Origin: Eledone cirrhosa
Lineage: Eukaryota
Length of the DNA stretch: 64,000 nt
Direction of reading: 5' to 3'
Assembly: GCA_964016885.1 (NCBI GenBank)
Contig: OZ024746.1
Location: 89,466,001-89,530,000, forward strand
Below the pieces are notes generated by a model. It saw only the letters and a list, made by a program, of their open reading frames with translations. It did not search any database and was not told where the DNA came from. Shown one piece after another: positions 28,090 to 42,095 of this stretch; within the stretch, counting starts at the first letter, position 1; each line of letters begins with the position of its first letter. The position numbers and the translations under genes were made by a program.

Positions 28090-28530
28090 GAAGTGATTCC
28101 GTCGGAAAGGTCCAGGAAAAAAGAGTGCTCTATGTAGGTTATAGAGCTTAATAGTTATATATAACTATATATGTATATATACAAAAAGTTATGAAACGAA
28201 AGGAGCTGTGTTGTTACTAAAAACAAGGTTTAGGATGATGGTTAGGACGGAACAGGAGGAGAAAGGAAGAAAGGAGTTTCCATCGTCAGCTGTAAATGTA
28301 TCCCGAACCGATGTTACGGCGCTGAATTACAGGACATCGGTGTAGTTCGGGTGCGCCCGAGGTCTTTTATTAGTCAAAAGGCCAGGTGGAAAAGGAGAGA
28401 GAAAAGGAAAGAGAGGGAAAGGAGGTAGAACAGGGGGGAAAGATGAGGAGAGAGGAAGAAGGGGACAACTAGGAAAGGAATAGAAGAACAAATTGTACAG
28501 ATCCCATCGTGGGAAGACACAGGTGAAAGA
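28090..28530 (-). mobile_element. Possible PLE terminal repeat/3' UTR
   Basis: Pyrimidine-rich on the minus strand with CTGACGA-TGGAAAC, ending at (TG)n/(TA)n; no coding evidence. Confidence 0.3.
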
Positions 28531-28699
28531 AACATATTCTTTTCATACGCGTTTTGCTGCTACCACTGTTGTTATGACTACCTTATACTACGCTCCCTAT
28601 ATATCTGGTGTTTGGAATAGCAGACGATCATAAAGTTTATAATAGTCCGTCTCTCATTTATTTCAAACATACATTTATTTCAAAGATTTCTTTTCTCCA

Positions 28700-31307
28700 T
28701 GTCAGCTATATATATATATATATATATATTTATTTTTTTTGTTTTAGCATATATTTATTTCAAAGATTTCACCGTAAAGATAACATATGTTTATACATAC
28801 ATGACATAATTCCAACCCATGGCAGCAGACGCGCAACGACAAAGAGAGATGAGGGCAAATCAATCAAAAACATTAGTTGCTCTACAACATCCCAACACAT
28901 TTCAACAAATGTAATTCAGTTAGCACACTAACAGCAACTTGCAACAAATACACCAAACGTTCAGAGAGGAAGGAACAGGCCAATTGAAGGTCTGGTAAAA
29001 AATCCTACAGATGAACCTTTCCAAGAGCAAACTGTTCTTTCACTATTGCCACAATATATTGCAGGGAGTCTCTTTGCCTCTGTTTGTCCGCACTGCAAAG
29101 CTTATCGCTGGCCACATGAATCCAAATATCTGTGCTGCTTCCAGGGAATAGTGAAACTCCCTCAACTCCCTCCTCCTCCACCAAATATACTGAAATATTT
29201 CGATATCACTCAAGCAGCAAATTCTTTTCTCCATAAGATACGTGAATATAACAATGCGCTTGCTTTAGCTTCAATTGGTTGCAAAGAAATTAAAGCACCA
29301 GGATTTAGTCCCATATTTAAGATCCAAGGTAAGATTTGTCATTTTATTGGATCACTACTTCGAAGTGATGCTTCACCCCATTTTGCGCAGCTTTACTTCT
29401 ATGATACAGATCATGGGCTTCTGAATCGCTTGCATCATGCTAATTTAGATGCTGCTGTCCACCTGCAAGAAGATTTGCACTACTGCAACACCTATATGAG
29501 AAGCTTCAAGGCAGTCATTGAAATGCCAGTCTCTGAAAATGTGAATATTTTCCTACATGCTGACAAAGTAAAACCCACTGATTTCCATTGTCGCACATAT
29601 AATCTTCCCAGGGAATCTGAGATTGCTGTTATTCAACCTGATACATTAGGTCTTTCGGATGTCATCATTCATAAAAGAGATGGTGGTCTTCAGAGGATTC
29701 ATCAGTTGCACCGTTCTTATGATCCACTGCATTATGTGCTACTGTTTCCTTGGGGGAATGATGGCTTTCAGGTTGGTTTGAAAAGGATTTACCACAACCA
29801 CACACTGACACCCACGGATTTCTACTGATATCGGTTTCAGATAAAGCAAGGTGACTGTAACATTATCATGAAGAGCAGGCAATATGCTGTAGATGCCCAG
29901 GCAAAAATAGAACATTGTTGCGTCAAATGGGCCCCACAACAATCAAACCCTGATACGAGCAGAAAAGTATGAGGGTTTGTATGAGGCTGTGGCTGAAGGA
30001 GATTCAGTAAATGCAGGCCGGAGAATTGTTCTTCCTCCTTCTATCTATGGTTCCTCTCGCTTCTACACTGAGTGCTTTCAGAATTCGATGACTGTGTTTC
30101 GACACATGGGAAAGACATCTTATTTCATTACGGTAACAACTAATCCTTACTGGGATAAAATAAAAAAAATAGTTTGCATCCTGGTGAAGAACCTTGAGAC
30201 CGTCCTGATATGTGTGCAAGAGTCTTCACGATCAAGTATGACAACCTCATGGATGACATACTGAAAACAAATGTCCTAGGAAAATGTGTGGCTCATTCTA
30301 CTACAATAGAGTGGCAGATATGAGGCCTCACCTATGCTCATATTCTGCTGATAATGGCTGAGGATAGCAAGCCCACAACTGCTGATGCCATTGATCAGGT
30401 AGTGAACTGTAAGATTCCTGATAAAGAGACCTATCCAATTCTGCATAAGATCATCACATCCTGCAACATTCATGGCCCATGTGGACAAGCTAATATGATG
30501 TGCTCATGTATGGAACGCCTAGGACAACAACGCCATTGCTCAAAATGTTATGCCTAGGCATTCAGATAAACCACATTTGTTGCTGAAAATTCCTTTCCTG
30601 AGTATAGAAGAAGGGATAGAGAGCATCGTGGTCACACCCATACAAACCAGCTTAAAGGTCAAGAATTTACTGTTGACAATCGTTGGATCGTTCCATACAA
30701 CCCTTTCCTTTCCAGACAAGATCACATTCACTATTAAGGATGATCAAGGAAATTGTGTCCATGCCTAAAATGAGATTGAGACTTATATCAATGCACGGTA
30801 CATCTCAGCCAGTGAAGCATTCTGGAGAATCTATATGGAAGAGGCTTCATCCATTACGTTTGGTCCTCAACTGCGAGAAATCTTCTGCACCATTATATTG
30901 TACTGCATGCCAAATGACACTCTGCAGTTCTGGGAGAAATGGAAGAATTGTCTTGTAGAGGATATCATGCATGAACGTCATGAGCAAGGCATGTCCATGC
31001 AAACCGTGCTGATTGTTCTAGAAAAGATCCAACAAAGACTTCAAGATTATGGCTTGGACATTCATGCCAACTATGGACTTCCTCAGCCAGACCCAACTAT
31101 TGTTGCCATACCAGAAATCAACAGAGTTCTTATGGCAGAAACTGATTTCAATACACATTAACTGCAGGCAAACATAAATAGACTGCCAACATTGAATCCT
31201 GAACAACTGGTTATTTTTCACAAAGTAATCACCTCTGTAAATATAACTGAAGGCAGAATTTTCTGCTTGAATGCAAGTGCATGTACAGAAATGACATATA
31301 TCATAAA
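28700..31307 (+). mobile_element. Helitron Rep/helicase pseudogene, internally deleted
   Basis: CPHC..CC, FAQLYFYD, SYDPLHYVLLFPWG, RIVLPPSIYGSSR, YFITVTTNP, IEWQ..GL.YAHILL, HGPCG, VDNRWIVPYNP, ARYISASEAFWRI, then LNPEQ and a decayed Walker A. Many stops and frameshifts; termini not identified. Confidence 0.92.
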
Positions 31308-32050
31308 CCCCTCGTCTGGAATGCCACTTGAACCTGGCGTAGAATGGACCGCACGTCCAAGACGGAGGCTGCAATGCTCGCAGCATCGAGGCTGACGTTC
31401 ACCACCTCCGACTTGGCCGAGTTGACCTGGAGGCCGATTCCCGCCAGGGCAGGAACCACCGATTGAAGGTCATGGCAGACCGTCCGTACGGGCCCGCCCA
31501 ACGTAGCATCATCCAGATACCAAACGTTAAAAGGGGCTGTGATATTCCGGGCGATGTGGTCAATACCAAGGGCGAACAGGAGGGGTCCTAAAGGGTCGCC
31601 CTGTTGGACTCCAGTAGCCGAGGATATGACCGTATCAACAGCAAGGAACATGCCCGGGGCTCCATATGACAGGTAGGCCAGCGAGTAGGCAGAGGGCGCT
31701 CGGCTGAGGCAGGCCACGAGCAGATGATCCCGGCGTAAAGAGTTGAAGGCATTCCTCATGTCAAGCTTGACAATGAGGTCTCTGGAGTCCCTGGATGCCG
31801 GTTCCGATGGGCAGCTGTTAAAGAACTGCCTGGTTGCATGAGAGGCCCCCTCACATCCAACGGATACGCCAACACTCAGTTGCTTCACCAGCCAGTTCGT
31901 GTGTTACGGACTTGCAGATCACCTTGGCAGCCAGCCTCCGGAAGACATTGCCCACAGCAATGGGGCGTATGCCACCCTCTTTCTTCCTGAGAGCGGTGAG
32001 GCTGGCCGAAAAAAAAGAGGCCTCGGGCGTAAGGGTTCAGGGCACCATGG
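31308..32050 (-). mobile_element. CRE-like non-LTR retrotransposon RT fragment
   Basis: GGIRPIAVGNVFRRLAAK, QLSVGVSVGCE, KLDMRNAFNSLRR, GVQQGDPLGPLLF, WYLDD. GC-rich and truncated at both ends. Confidence 0.88.
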
Positions 32051-33641
32051 ATTGTTAGGTTGTATCCTTTATCATATCTCCCACCACTAAACACATCACC
32101 CTGAATCCACCACCCTCAACCACACCAATACATACCACATACCATTGAGGCACACACAAACCACTAACACCATACACTTCACCACAATGGTGTGCATCTC
32201 CTAATTTTGTACCACTAATTTCACCATTGTTATTCAACTGTACAATTAAGACTAACCTTCAACGACGACTTCACGAAACGGAGAAATTACTGCAATAAAA
32301 TTACTGTCAACAAAGTGAACAATTAGGTGTTGTCGTATGTTCTTTCAAACGATTGTTAGTCCATAAACATATTTAAAATTGTAGGCACGGAATTTACCTA
32401 ACTGATGGCTCTCGAGATTCGTGGCACAGACATTTCTGGAAATGTAAGTATATCACATCGACTTAATTCACCTTTAGGACAAGTATATCTAATTTCCTTC
32501 GAACTAAAGATTACCTAATAACTAGCATAGAGAAATACGAATGAAGATCTATAGGAAGTATTATTGAACAGCTGAGATTATATTTGGATGTGTGAACGGA
32601 GCAATGAAACGAATTTCGTTAATCATAATCACACCTTTATGAATAGGGATTTATATTTATGGCAATTGAATCACAAATGTTGAGACAATTTCATAACCAG
32701 TATCTAATATAGCACGTTGTAAATAAACAGCGTTAATAATACTATGCGGGAAATTATGTTGCAAAATAGCAAAACCATGCATTGAGCAAACGATGGTGAA
32801 TAATATACAATTACCTTTGCAAGAAAATGTCAAAACTAACCTGGTTTATTAACTGCATGTGCGTATATATATAGACACTTTAGAAAGCACTTTAAATATA
32901 AATTTCGTCGCCTTTGTCTCATTTGTACAATAGCTGTTATAACTGGAATTCATTATGGCATAATGATGATAGACTGCTTCCAGGATTCCACAAAACACTA
33001 TCTGGCTTTATGCTGGAAAGCAATAGATTCTAAGACAATGTTTAGGTAAGCAAGGAAGGAAATAAGGTAAAATAATGATACTGTAATAATCTAAATTACT
33101 ATGAGGTAGAGGAGTTTAGTCGGGTATAAAGCTCTTGAGTAAGTGTCCTGTTGTTCGGTTAGTAGTGGTTATTTGTTAATACTTTAAGATATATCGTTCA
33201 TAAGACATGTGTATTGCGCTAATTTCAAGCCAAATCTAGAACACATAGAGGTTTTAAAAAAGATCCCCACTTCCTAAAAAAATACCTTTCTTCAATTCTT
33301 GAATTTACCGTGCCTCGATGTTCCAAAAGTATTTTTATTTTGAGGCCTCTTCTATGTCCTGTTTTATGCTGGAATACTGCGCTCGGAGATGGTGTTTTCT
33401 AGCTACTGCTTGATGGAATCGATGTAGCTCTTCCCACATTTCAAGTACTAATGGTCCCATGAAGCACCTGATGCAGCAATATTCTAGTTCGGTGTTGTGC
33501 TGTGTGAGGCACTGTTTCAGTGTTTCAGGCATGACTCGTATTTCAGACTTGGAGGTCTGACCACGTGATATATATTTGTATACGTATTATTTATACCTCC
33601 TCGTGATATGCCGGGTCAAATTAGCTTCGTTTTTTTCTTTC

Positions 33642-33934
<293 letters not shown>

Positions 33935-34034
33935 ATATATATACATACATACTCTCTCTCTCTCTCTATCTCTCTATCTCTATCTCTCTCTCTCTATCTC
34001 CATCTCTCTCTCTCACAATATATATATATATTTA

Positions 34035-35377
34035 ATAATCATATTATTTACATTTATATATACACTATATATGATTATAAACAGGAAAGGTCAGTATTTT
34101 TTATTTTTTACCACCTTAATACCAGTATGAAAAATACCTCAATCTAAATACATCAGATGTCTTACAGAGTAGGAATATAAATTACAGATTGTACATGAAT
34201 TTAAATAATTAAATATAAAAATAAATAGCATTCTATAAGGATTCATTTATAATATAATATATTGTATATTAACACAAGGAATTTAGATAGCTGGAGTTAT
34301 AAACAATTAACACCAGACTATATATTTTTCGATTATACACAATTTAATCTTCAATTACCTCCCCTTTCCCATTAGCTCCTTTTAGTGAAGATCTCTAATC
34401 ACTTCCTGAAATTAAACCGTTAGACAGATCACTCCAGAACAACTCTAACACTTAATAGGACTATAATAAGGACAATATACAATCCATAGTTGTAACTACT
34501 GATAAACATTCCCTAAAATATAACCAATGTAATGGAAAGAAAAACCTTGATATTAATACTCACAACACATATACATTTGAACATTACCAGAACAATTATT
34601 ACATTACATCCAACATAAACTCACATAGAAACTGCTTTTCCTACCCTTCATTACTCACTGCTTAATATACTATTACACCTATATTATGTGATATATTTGC
34701 CAATATTCTGTTATACATGCTTAATACCATTGCTTGTTCTTTTACCTTATTATTCTGTTCATGCCTAATACCTTTGTATATATCTATATGTATGCCTATA
34801 TACCACTAATGTCCTCATTTTGCGAGTAACTTTCTTTCATAATTCTTCTATAATTGTTTTAATACAAGAGATATTTAATTCTTTATTTGATCTTACATTT
34901 GAAAACAACGGGTTTTTTTCTCTAGCCCCCCTCCATTTGATGTTCCCTTATTTTTCTTTATTTTTCTTTAACCCCTTTCGTTCCCTTTACTTTCCCCACA
35001 CCTTCCCTCTCTTTTGTCGTTATTCCTCTTTTCTTTTTTTATATATTTCTTTTATTCACTCATCAATTTATTTATTTTTTATTCATTTATCTATTTATGT
35101 ACGTATTTATTTGTTTTTTCTTGCCTTTTCTCTTTTTTACACCCTTATACCTCTAATTTTCTCTACGTCATTTTCTTCTTTAAGTTTATCATATTGTTTG
35201 TGGTATATAAACGTTGAGATTTGATGAAATAAATCACTGCCAATAGTGGGATTGAATAATCAAGATCGTAGCGGTATGTCATATATCAAATCATATATTT
35301 TGTCTGATGAGGACGTACTAAAAAAAACACAGTATATATTTTGATTATGAGAATATTTTTCATTTGTTAATATTTTG

Positions 35378-35380
<3 letters not shown>
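34035..35380 (+). mobile_element. Probable old PLE 3' region
   Basis: AT-rich tract between (TA)n runs, ending with tattttgtCTGATGAggacgtac, which resembles 49299-49321. Confidence 0.4.
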
Positions 35381-35444
<64 letters not shown>

Positions 35445-35502
35445 AATAATATATATATATATATATATATTTTAAATATATATATATATATATTTTTTCA
35501 AT

Positions 35503-35581
<79 letters not shown>

Positions 35582-35614
35582 TAAAATAATATATAGATAT
35601 GTATATATATATAT

Positions 35615-35787
35615 AAACAAATTAACTAAAGAATAGAGTTTTGAAACGTGAGTGTATTAAGATTCTCAGAAAAATGGGAAATCTGGGCGTATGGAAGCTG
35701 ATATCTGTCCCTCGAGATAATATTTTACCCAACGCTGCTTTGACGGTATTTTGCTGTTCTAACTGCTTTCATACGCCGAGGTTCCCC

Positions 35788-35793
<6 letters not shown>
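35615..35793 (-). mobile_element. Fold-back element (tail + 29-bp imperfect arms), family G
   Basis: aaaaatgggaaatctgggcgtatggaagc (35670-35698) versus gctttcatacgccgaggttccccattttt (35765-35793); (TA)n on both sides. Confidence 0.7.
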
Positions 35794-35847
<54 letters not shown>

Positions 35848-36956
35848 CTTTCGCGCGTTTTATTTCTTTTCGGACTTATTTTCTCTCCCATTTCTGCTGA
35901 CCTCTTGTGCTTTTTATTGTTATTATTGTGATTGGTGTTGTATTTGTCATAGACTCCGTTTTCCTTTGAGTATTTCTTCAGCTACGATTAGCGGCAACAT
36001 GGTAGATTGTTGCTGTTTTGTATATATATATATATATGTCTACGTCTTCTCCCCCCTAAATTTCACATTAAAAAAACCTTCTCCGTAATGCCATGTACGA
36101 TAACATGTTAAAACTCGAGCAACCCTCAAAGGACGCTCCTATAATCCTGATCGATTTCACCATATCCTTTGTTTATGTAATGGAAAATACATTCCTCTAC
36201 TCAGACCACGGATATCTGCAAATACAGGAACGGAATCGCCATTCGCTTTGACAGTTGTAATTAATATTTATCCTGGTGCGATTTGTGCAGGTCAAATTCA
36301 GAAACCAGCTTTTCGACCTCTGTTGCTAACAACATATCTCTTTCTCTCTCTTTCTCTCTCTATATATCTATGTAACTCCCTATATGTCTGTCTGTCTTCC
36401 CGGCTCTCTGAATGACTAATTATTATGAAATGTTAGGAATATCGCTTAACTATGCTTTTCTCTTTTGATTTTGCTTCCCCAATCCTTCTTAATATTGCAT
36501 AATATATTTAATAGAATTTCGCACAAATTTTTTTTCCCTTTCTTAAGATAACGATTATGATGAATAATCTTTATATCTTTGAAAATTGTTTCCATGTTCC
36601 AATTAATATTTTCAGAAATGGCATTACGATCTTATAGTAAAAATGCCATTATCTTCATTGATGTTATTCATTATCAACGCGAAATTGAAAGCCTAATGCA
36701 AATACATGCCAAAAGTATTGAAAATATTAATGAAAGGTAGTAAGTAGCATAAATCAACAATGAATGTATACTTAATTATATATGAAGCAATCATAATAAA
36801 GTACAGTTTAGAGCAAATATAAACAAACAAAAAACAACAAAGAACAATCAAACAATATGAAATAGAAAATCCTTTCGTTAAGTTATGAAGAACATATGTC
36901 CATTACAACGTTACATTTTATTTTAGTCTATAGATCAATCTCAGTCTTTTTTATTA

Positions 36957-37138
36957 ATTGTTTCTACTGTTTGGCACAAGGCCAGCAATTAACCAGTGCA
37001 TTACTGGTACTTTATTTCATCGACCCCGTAAGGATGAAAGGCAAAGTTAACCTCGGCCGCATTTGAACTGAGAATGGCAGGGGTCGTAACTCTATGCGTC
37101 AAAGCATGGCATCCGACCCTCTACCGATACTGCCAATC
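36957..37138 (-). mobile_element. SINE family 1, short variant
   Basis: Reverse complement of the 15593-15781 type. Confidence 0.92.
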
Positions 37139-37579
37139 CTTAGCCATTTTTTTTGTTAATGACTGTCCACCAGTATCTTTGTATCTCTATCTTTATCTAT
37201 CGACCTTTCTTTTGTATGTCTGTATGTCTGTCTCTTTTGAGTTGCATATGTATGCATAATGTATATATATTTGGGATGTATATGTGTGTGTGCGCAGTTT
37301 AGTTATCTCGTTATCTCTCAAACACTCATGTCAATAATAGAAAAGCTGATGAATACAAAAGAATAAATCACCAATTGCGCCCTGTAAGTTTACCCCTCCA
37401 TAGGGGACACACAACAGTAAATATTATTAGTAATTAACGCACATTCATCTTCATTTAAACCGTAATGACTCAATGAGTCGTAGGGGCTCCATATTGACAT
37501 ATGACGTACCTAGGGCATTTTTAAAACATGGTGGATCCCAGCCCTTCTCCAAGTTCAAAGAGAAGTATAATGAGTGCCT

Positions 37580-37740
37580 AATGTAAGTGAGTAAGAGATA
37601 TAGAAGGCTAATCGACTATGTACAAGAATAGTACATTTTTATCGAACTTGAATGGATGAACGGCAAAGATAACTGCGGGGCGATTTGAACTCAGTGAGCA
37701 GATAGCCTAACGTTCTAATGACTTTGCCAACTTACCACCC
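37580..37740 (-). mobile_element. Old SINE family 1 copy
   Basis: gtacatttttatcga...ggatgaacggcaaag...gatttgaactcag. Confidence 0.65.
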
Positions 37741-37799
37741 TAATTAACACAAATACATACACTTATGCATTTATTTATCTGTATTCGTGTACAGAAAAG

Positions 37800-38260
37800 T
37801 AATCGGAAACAACAAAACAGACAATACAATGACATGAACAAATATATTAGTTTAACGCTTTATATATTAAGAAACGTGTTTTAATGTTTCGGACACCAGT
37901 GCTTCATCAGAAGTGAGAAGGTCAAATAAAAGAGGAAATAGTAGGATAGAGATTGAGAAGAGGAAGATTAGAGGTCGTGAGGTACATAGGCGGGGCACTC
38001 AGTTAATACATATCCAAGTCTATTCTGGCGATCCACCCCGGCAAGCTACTGATGATTACAGTCCCTAGTGGGCAATGGTTCCATTGAATCTGCCGTCACT
38101 GAGAGAGTTTAGCGCCTGTGTGGAAGGCTGTTTGGGGTTTACATTCAGTTGAGCAGGTCGAGAAATCTGTTACCCGCTAGCTCCCCACGTCTGAAGTATG
38201 TTGCAGTATGAGTTTAGCGTCGCGAGATGAATATTCACAGATGTAATAACGATTAATATA
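37800..38260 (-). mobile_element. Old PLE 3' region with a decayed minimal HHR
   Basis: Minus strand CTGATGA-AGCACTGGTGTCC-GAAAC at 37886-37910; a related piece lies at 46387-46411. Confidence 0.55.
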
Positions 38261-38412
38261 TTTTTTAATAAATTCCAGCTTTAAGCTTGTTACTAGCATA
38301 ACGAGCCTAGCATTTAAAACATTCACACATTAACTTTGTTTGTCACAGTGTACGAATAAATTCTCTAAGTAGAAATGCAGTAGTCGCTTTGATATTTCAA
38401 CTTGGCCACTTT

Positions 38413-38527
38413 ACACACATATATGTATGTACATATATGTATGTGTGTGTAGGTGTGTATATAAATGTATGTATATATATATATATACACACATATATGT
38501 ATGTGTGTGTATGTGGGTATATCAATG

Positions 38528-38567
<40 letters not shown>

Positions 38568-38833
38568 TATATATGTGTGTACGTGTGTATATAAATGTAT
38601 CTATATATATATACACACACATATATGTATGTGTGTGTATGTGGGTATATCAATGTATGTATATATATATATATATATATGCATATATATGTGTGTATGT
38701 GTGTATATAAATGTATGTATATATATATATATACACACATATATGTATGTGTGTGTATGTGTGTATATAAATGTATGTATATATATATATACACACACAT
38801 ATATGTATGTGTGTGTATGTGGGTATATCGATG

Positions 38834-38875
<42 letters not shown>

Positions 38876-38913
38876 TATATATGTGTGTATGTGTGTATAT
38901 AAATGTATGTGTG

Positions 38914-39009
<96 letters not shown>

Positions 39010-39060
39010 TATATATGTGTGTGTGTGTGTATATGTAGACACACAGACACACACACGTAC
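38413..39060. repeat. Compound microsatellite with ~60-bp higher-order units
   Basis: Recurring gtgggtatatcaatgtatg and gtgtgtatataaatgtatg anchors separated by (TA)n. Confidence 0.85.
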
Positions 39061-39241
39061 ATATAAACACCAAAGGGAAGGTATCGATGACACCATGCGT
39101 TAATATACACCTCAGAACATAGGCGTCCATGTGTAAATTCAGGCGTGTACATCAATGTTCATGCAGACGTGTGAACCTATACGGTAGGCTCTTGCTTTTC
39201 ATCAATATTATATATGAGAAAGTTGGAAAGTTGGAAAGTAG

Positions 39242-39425
39242 GGCGGTGGATTGGCAGTATCGGTAGAGGGTCGGGACGCCATGCTTTGAGTTACCTCCCT
39301 TTATGATCTGAGTTCAAATCCCGCCGAGGTTAACTTTGCCTTTCATCCTTACGGGGTCGATAAAATAAAGTACCAGTAATACACTGGGATAATTGCTGGC
39401 CTTGTGCCAAAAGTAGAAACAATTA
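39242..39425 (+). mobile_element. SINE family 1, short variant
   Basis: ggcggtggattggcagtatcggtagagggtcgg...gttcaaatcccgccgagg... Confidence 0.92.
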
Positions 39426-39533
39426 TATATGAGAAAGTTTGTCACAAATTGTTCTTTTATGAATTATATTACATCTTTTCTCACGGGTTGTTAAATATTG
39501 TGCATTGGAAACCAAAATAAAAGGAAGTATCAC

Positions 39534-39572
<39 letters not shown>

Positions 39573-39771
39573 CAGACACACACACGCACACACGCGCGCA
39601 CATATATATGTATATATATATATATATACATATATACACACACACATATATATATATACCGTAGAGCAAATATTTATTAAAATAAAAATAAAAATATATA
39701 AAAACGATATATATATATATACACACTCATACGCATATATATATATACACGATACACACACACACATTCAT

Positions 39772-39816
<45 letters not shown>

Positions 39817-40345
39817 TAAAACATAAGTGACAATAAAATAAAATCCAAACAAAGAAACGCTGCATTCATTCCATAGTGTTTACGTCAGTTATTAAGACGG
39901 CGCCAAGATATTTCAGCATCATTTTGTTTTCCCGTAATGATCTTCCTGTTGCATTTTTGCTACATACTTCCTGAAATCAATAAACTATTAATTCAATAGA
40001 CAAGCTGTCTACTCCTTCATAAAATGATATGAGATTCGTAAAGCCATAGTTAATGGTTAATAATCTCAACAGAGATGTGTATCATGTAAGGTAGTTATTA
40101 ATATATTGGAAAATACGTGATATAATTAATGTATTGCATATGTAGTGGATGGTCTGATTGGATATATAAATATTCAGAGGGATAGATTGATTGGGGAATT
40201 AAATAAAGCATAAACATGAACAAATATTTCACATATACGCATACACAATCGCAAGCATTTATACACGCAATCATCCGTGCGAAGACATGTTCGTTAGCAT
40301 CTTTTTTAAAGCGGAGAGAAACACGATTTATAATATATTACACAA

Positions 40346-40528
40346 CTGTTTCTACTTTAGGCACAAGGTCAGCAAATTACCCAGTGCATTACTGGTACTT
40401 TATTTTATCGACCTCGTAAGGATGAAAGGCAAAGTCAACCTCGGTGGGATTTGAACTCAGATCGTAAAGGGACGTAACTATGCTGGAAAGCATGGTGTCC
40501 GACCCTCTACCGATACTGCCAATCCACC
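40346..40528 (-). mobile_element. SINE family 1, short variant
   Basis: Reverse complement of the family core and head. Confidence 0.9.
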
Positions 40529-40668
40529 ATGGAATACATTACATAACGCGTGTGTTATAGGAGACATATTTTCATTTATTTTACTGATGAGGTTTTCCCT
40601 AGTCTTCTCTTTTAATCTTTGTGTGAGACGGAAGCAAATTGAGCTGCAAACGTCATATATATATATAT

Positions 40669-40970
40669 TAGAATTGGTGCTCTAAAATAGCGATATATAT
40701 ATGAATGTATATATATAGTGCATTTTGCAATACACGGTATGCTTAATTAAAAACATTTCGAAGACCTTACGCTATTTTTTTAGAGTAGTAAAAGTCTCAC
40801 TTACTTTATATTTTCAGCAAACAGGGGAGATAAAGCTGAGAGAGCTCTGTCAGCTTTATCTCCCCTGTTTGCTGAAAATTTAAAACAATAGCGTAAGGTC
40901 TTCGAAATGCTTTTAATTAAGCATACAGTGTATTTCAAAATACACTGTATATACATTCATATATATATAT
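40669..40970. mobile_element. Fold-back element, family C (~275-bp spacerless palindrome with one indel)
   Basis: Centre at 40844/40845 (agag|ctct); inner arms 40810-40879. The outer arms carry an HHR-like 3' half GAAA-TGCTT..AAGCA-TA. Confidence 0.85.
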
Positions 40971-40979
40971 ATATAATAC

Positions 40980-41305
40980 TGCTTGGACGATTTAAGCCTG
41001 CATTACGATTACTGAATAGTGACGCGCGTTTCGCTATTGATCAGCTCAAGGTTCGATGTACATCGATCTGGCCCGACTCTGGAATCAAAAGTTTGTCGGA
41101 ACTCTGTTGTTGTATTTGTTTGTAGTGTTTGGCCAGATCGATAGTGATCGAACATTGAACTGATCAATAAACGTAATGAAGGCTTAACAAATCGTCCTTA
41201 TATTATTATATTACCCTCTGTCTAGCTCTACACCTCACCACTGATGTGAACCTAGACATCGAGTGCTCACCTGGGTGCATCTACAGTAAATTCATGTTAC
41301 ACTCC

Positions 41306-41309
<4 letters not shown>
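40980..41309 (+). mobile_element. Fold-back element, family D, with tail
   Basis: Arms 40985-41073 and 41131-41197. gacgcgcgtttc (minus GAAACGCGCGTC) at 41021-41032. Tail 41198-41309, then (TA)n. Confidence 0.8.
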
Positions 41310-41362
<53 letters not shown>

Positions 41363-41544
41363 ATATATGTGTATGTTTGTTTGTGTGTGTGAATCGGGGT
41401 TAACCACTGTTAGTAAGGTACTCAATACATTAGTAGAGTGTAAACATCATATTTAATGTAGAAATGGCCTCTAAAGTACTAGAATTGTGTCATTCAAAAG
41501 AAATCATTAGGATTAGGATTTATTTTGTATTAAATAGTTCTAGA

Positions 41545-41690
41545 CAGTGAATTGACAGAGTCGATAGATCGTCAGATCGTCAGATTTGCAGTATTCGTTT
41601 CTGTTTTCAAATCCCGCTGAGGTCAACTTTATATTTCATCCCTTTGAGGTCGATAAAAAAGTACAAGTCTATATTGGGATGATTCCTCCT
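41545..41690 (+). mobile_element. Old SINE family 1 copy
   Basis: ttcaaatcccgctgaggtcaacttt...gaggtcgataaaaaagtac. Confidence 0.7.
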
Positions 41691-41871
41691 CTACATATCT
41701 TTCTCACTTACTATATTTTTCTAGAATAAATCCTCTCTCACCAGAGCTGGAGAGAAGATGCGCCGCACCAGGCTTAACGGTACCAAGAAGAATGCACTAT
41801 GACTAGCCGGCGCCCCATACAACTCCACCAGGAGTTACTACTAAATGTGTATGCACACACGCATATATATA

Positions 41872-42028
41872 GTAATAATAATAAATGTGAAGACTAAAAT
41901 ACGAAGAGGGCTCGATAAGGATAATATATATATAAACGTATATAAAAACCGTAAAGCAAATATTTATTAAAATAAAAGATTAAAATTTAAGCAAATAATT
42001 AATTCTTTGTTTAAACTTTAATCTGTTA

Positions 42029-42036
<8 letters not shown>
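41872..42036 (-). mobile_element. Fold-back element, family H (tail + 31-bp arms)
   Basis: Arms 41965-41995 and 42006-42036. The tail is homologous to 16769-16868 (inverted) and to 39659-39685. Confidence 0.7.

Positions 42037-42092
<56 letters not shown>

Positions 42093-42095
<3 letters not shown>

Noticed and set aside
29046-29828. 260-aa ORF as a host gene
   Set aside because: It is the N-terminal part of a disrupted Helitron Rep/helicase.
31301-31888. Bacterial retron or group II intron RT
   Set aside because: RPIAVG/QLxVG/QQGDPLGP/YLDD motifs and the eukaryotic context fit a CRE-like non-LTR element; no msr-msd or intron structure is seen.
34820-35224. Hydrophobic F/L-rich ORFs (also 51229-51774, 54440-55281) as membrane proteins
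   Set aside because: They arise from T/C-rich low-complexity or PLE 3' UTR sequence.
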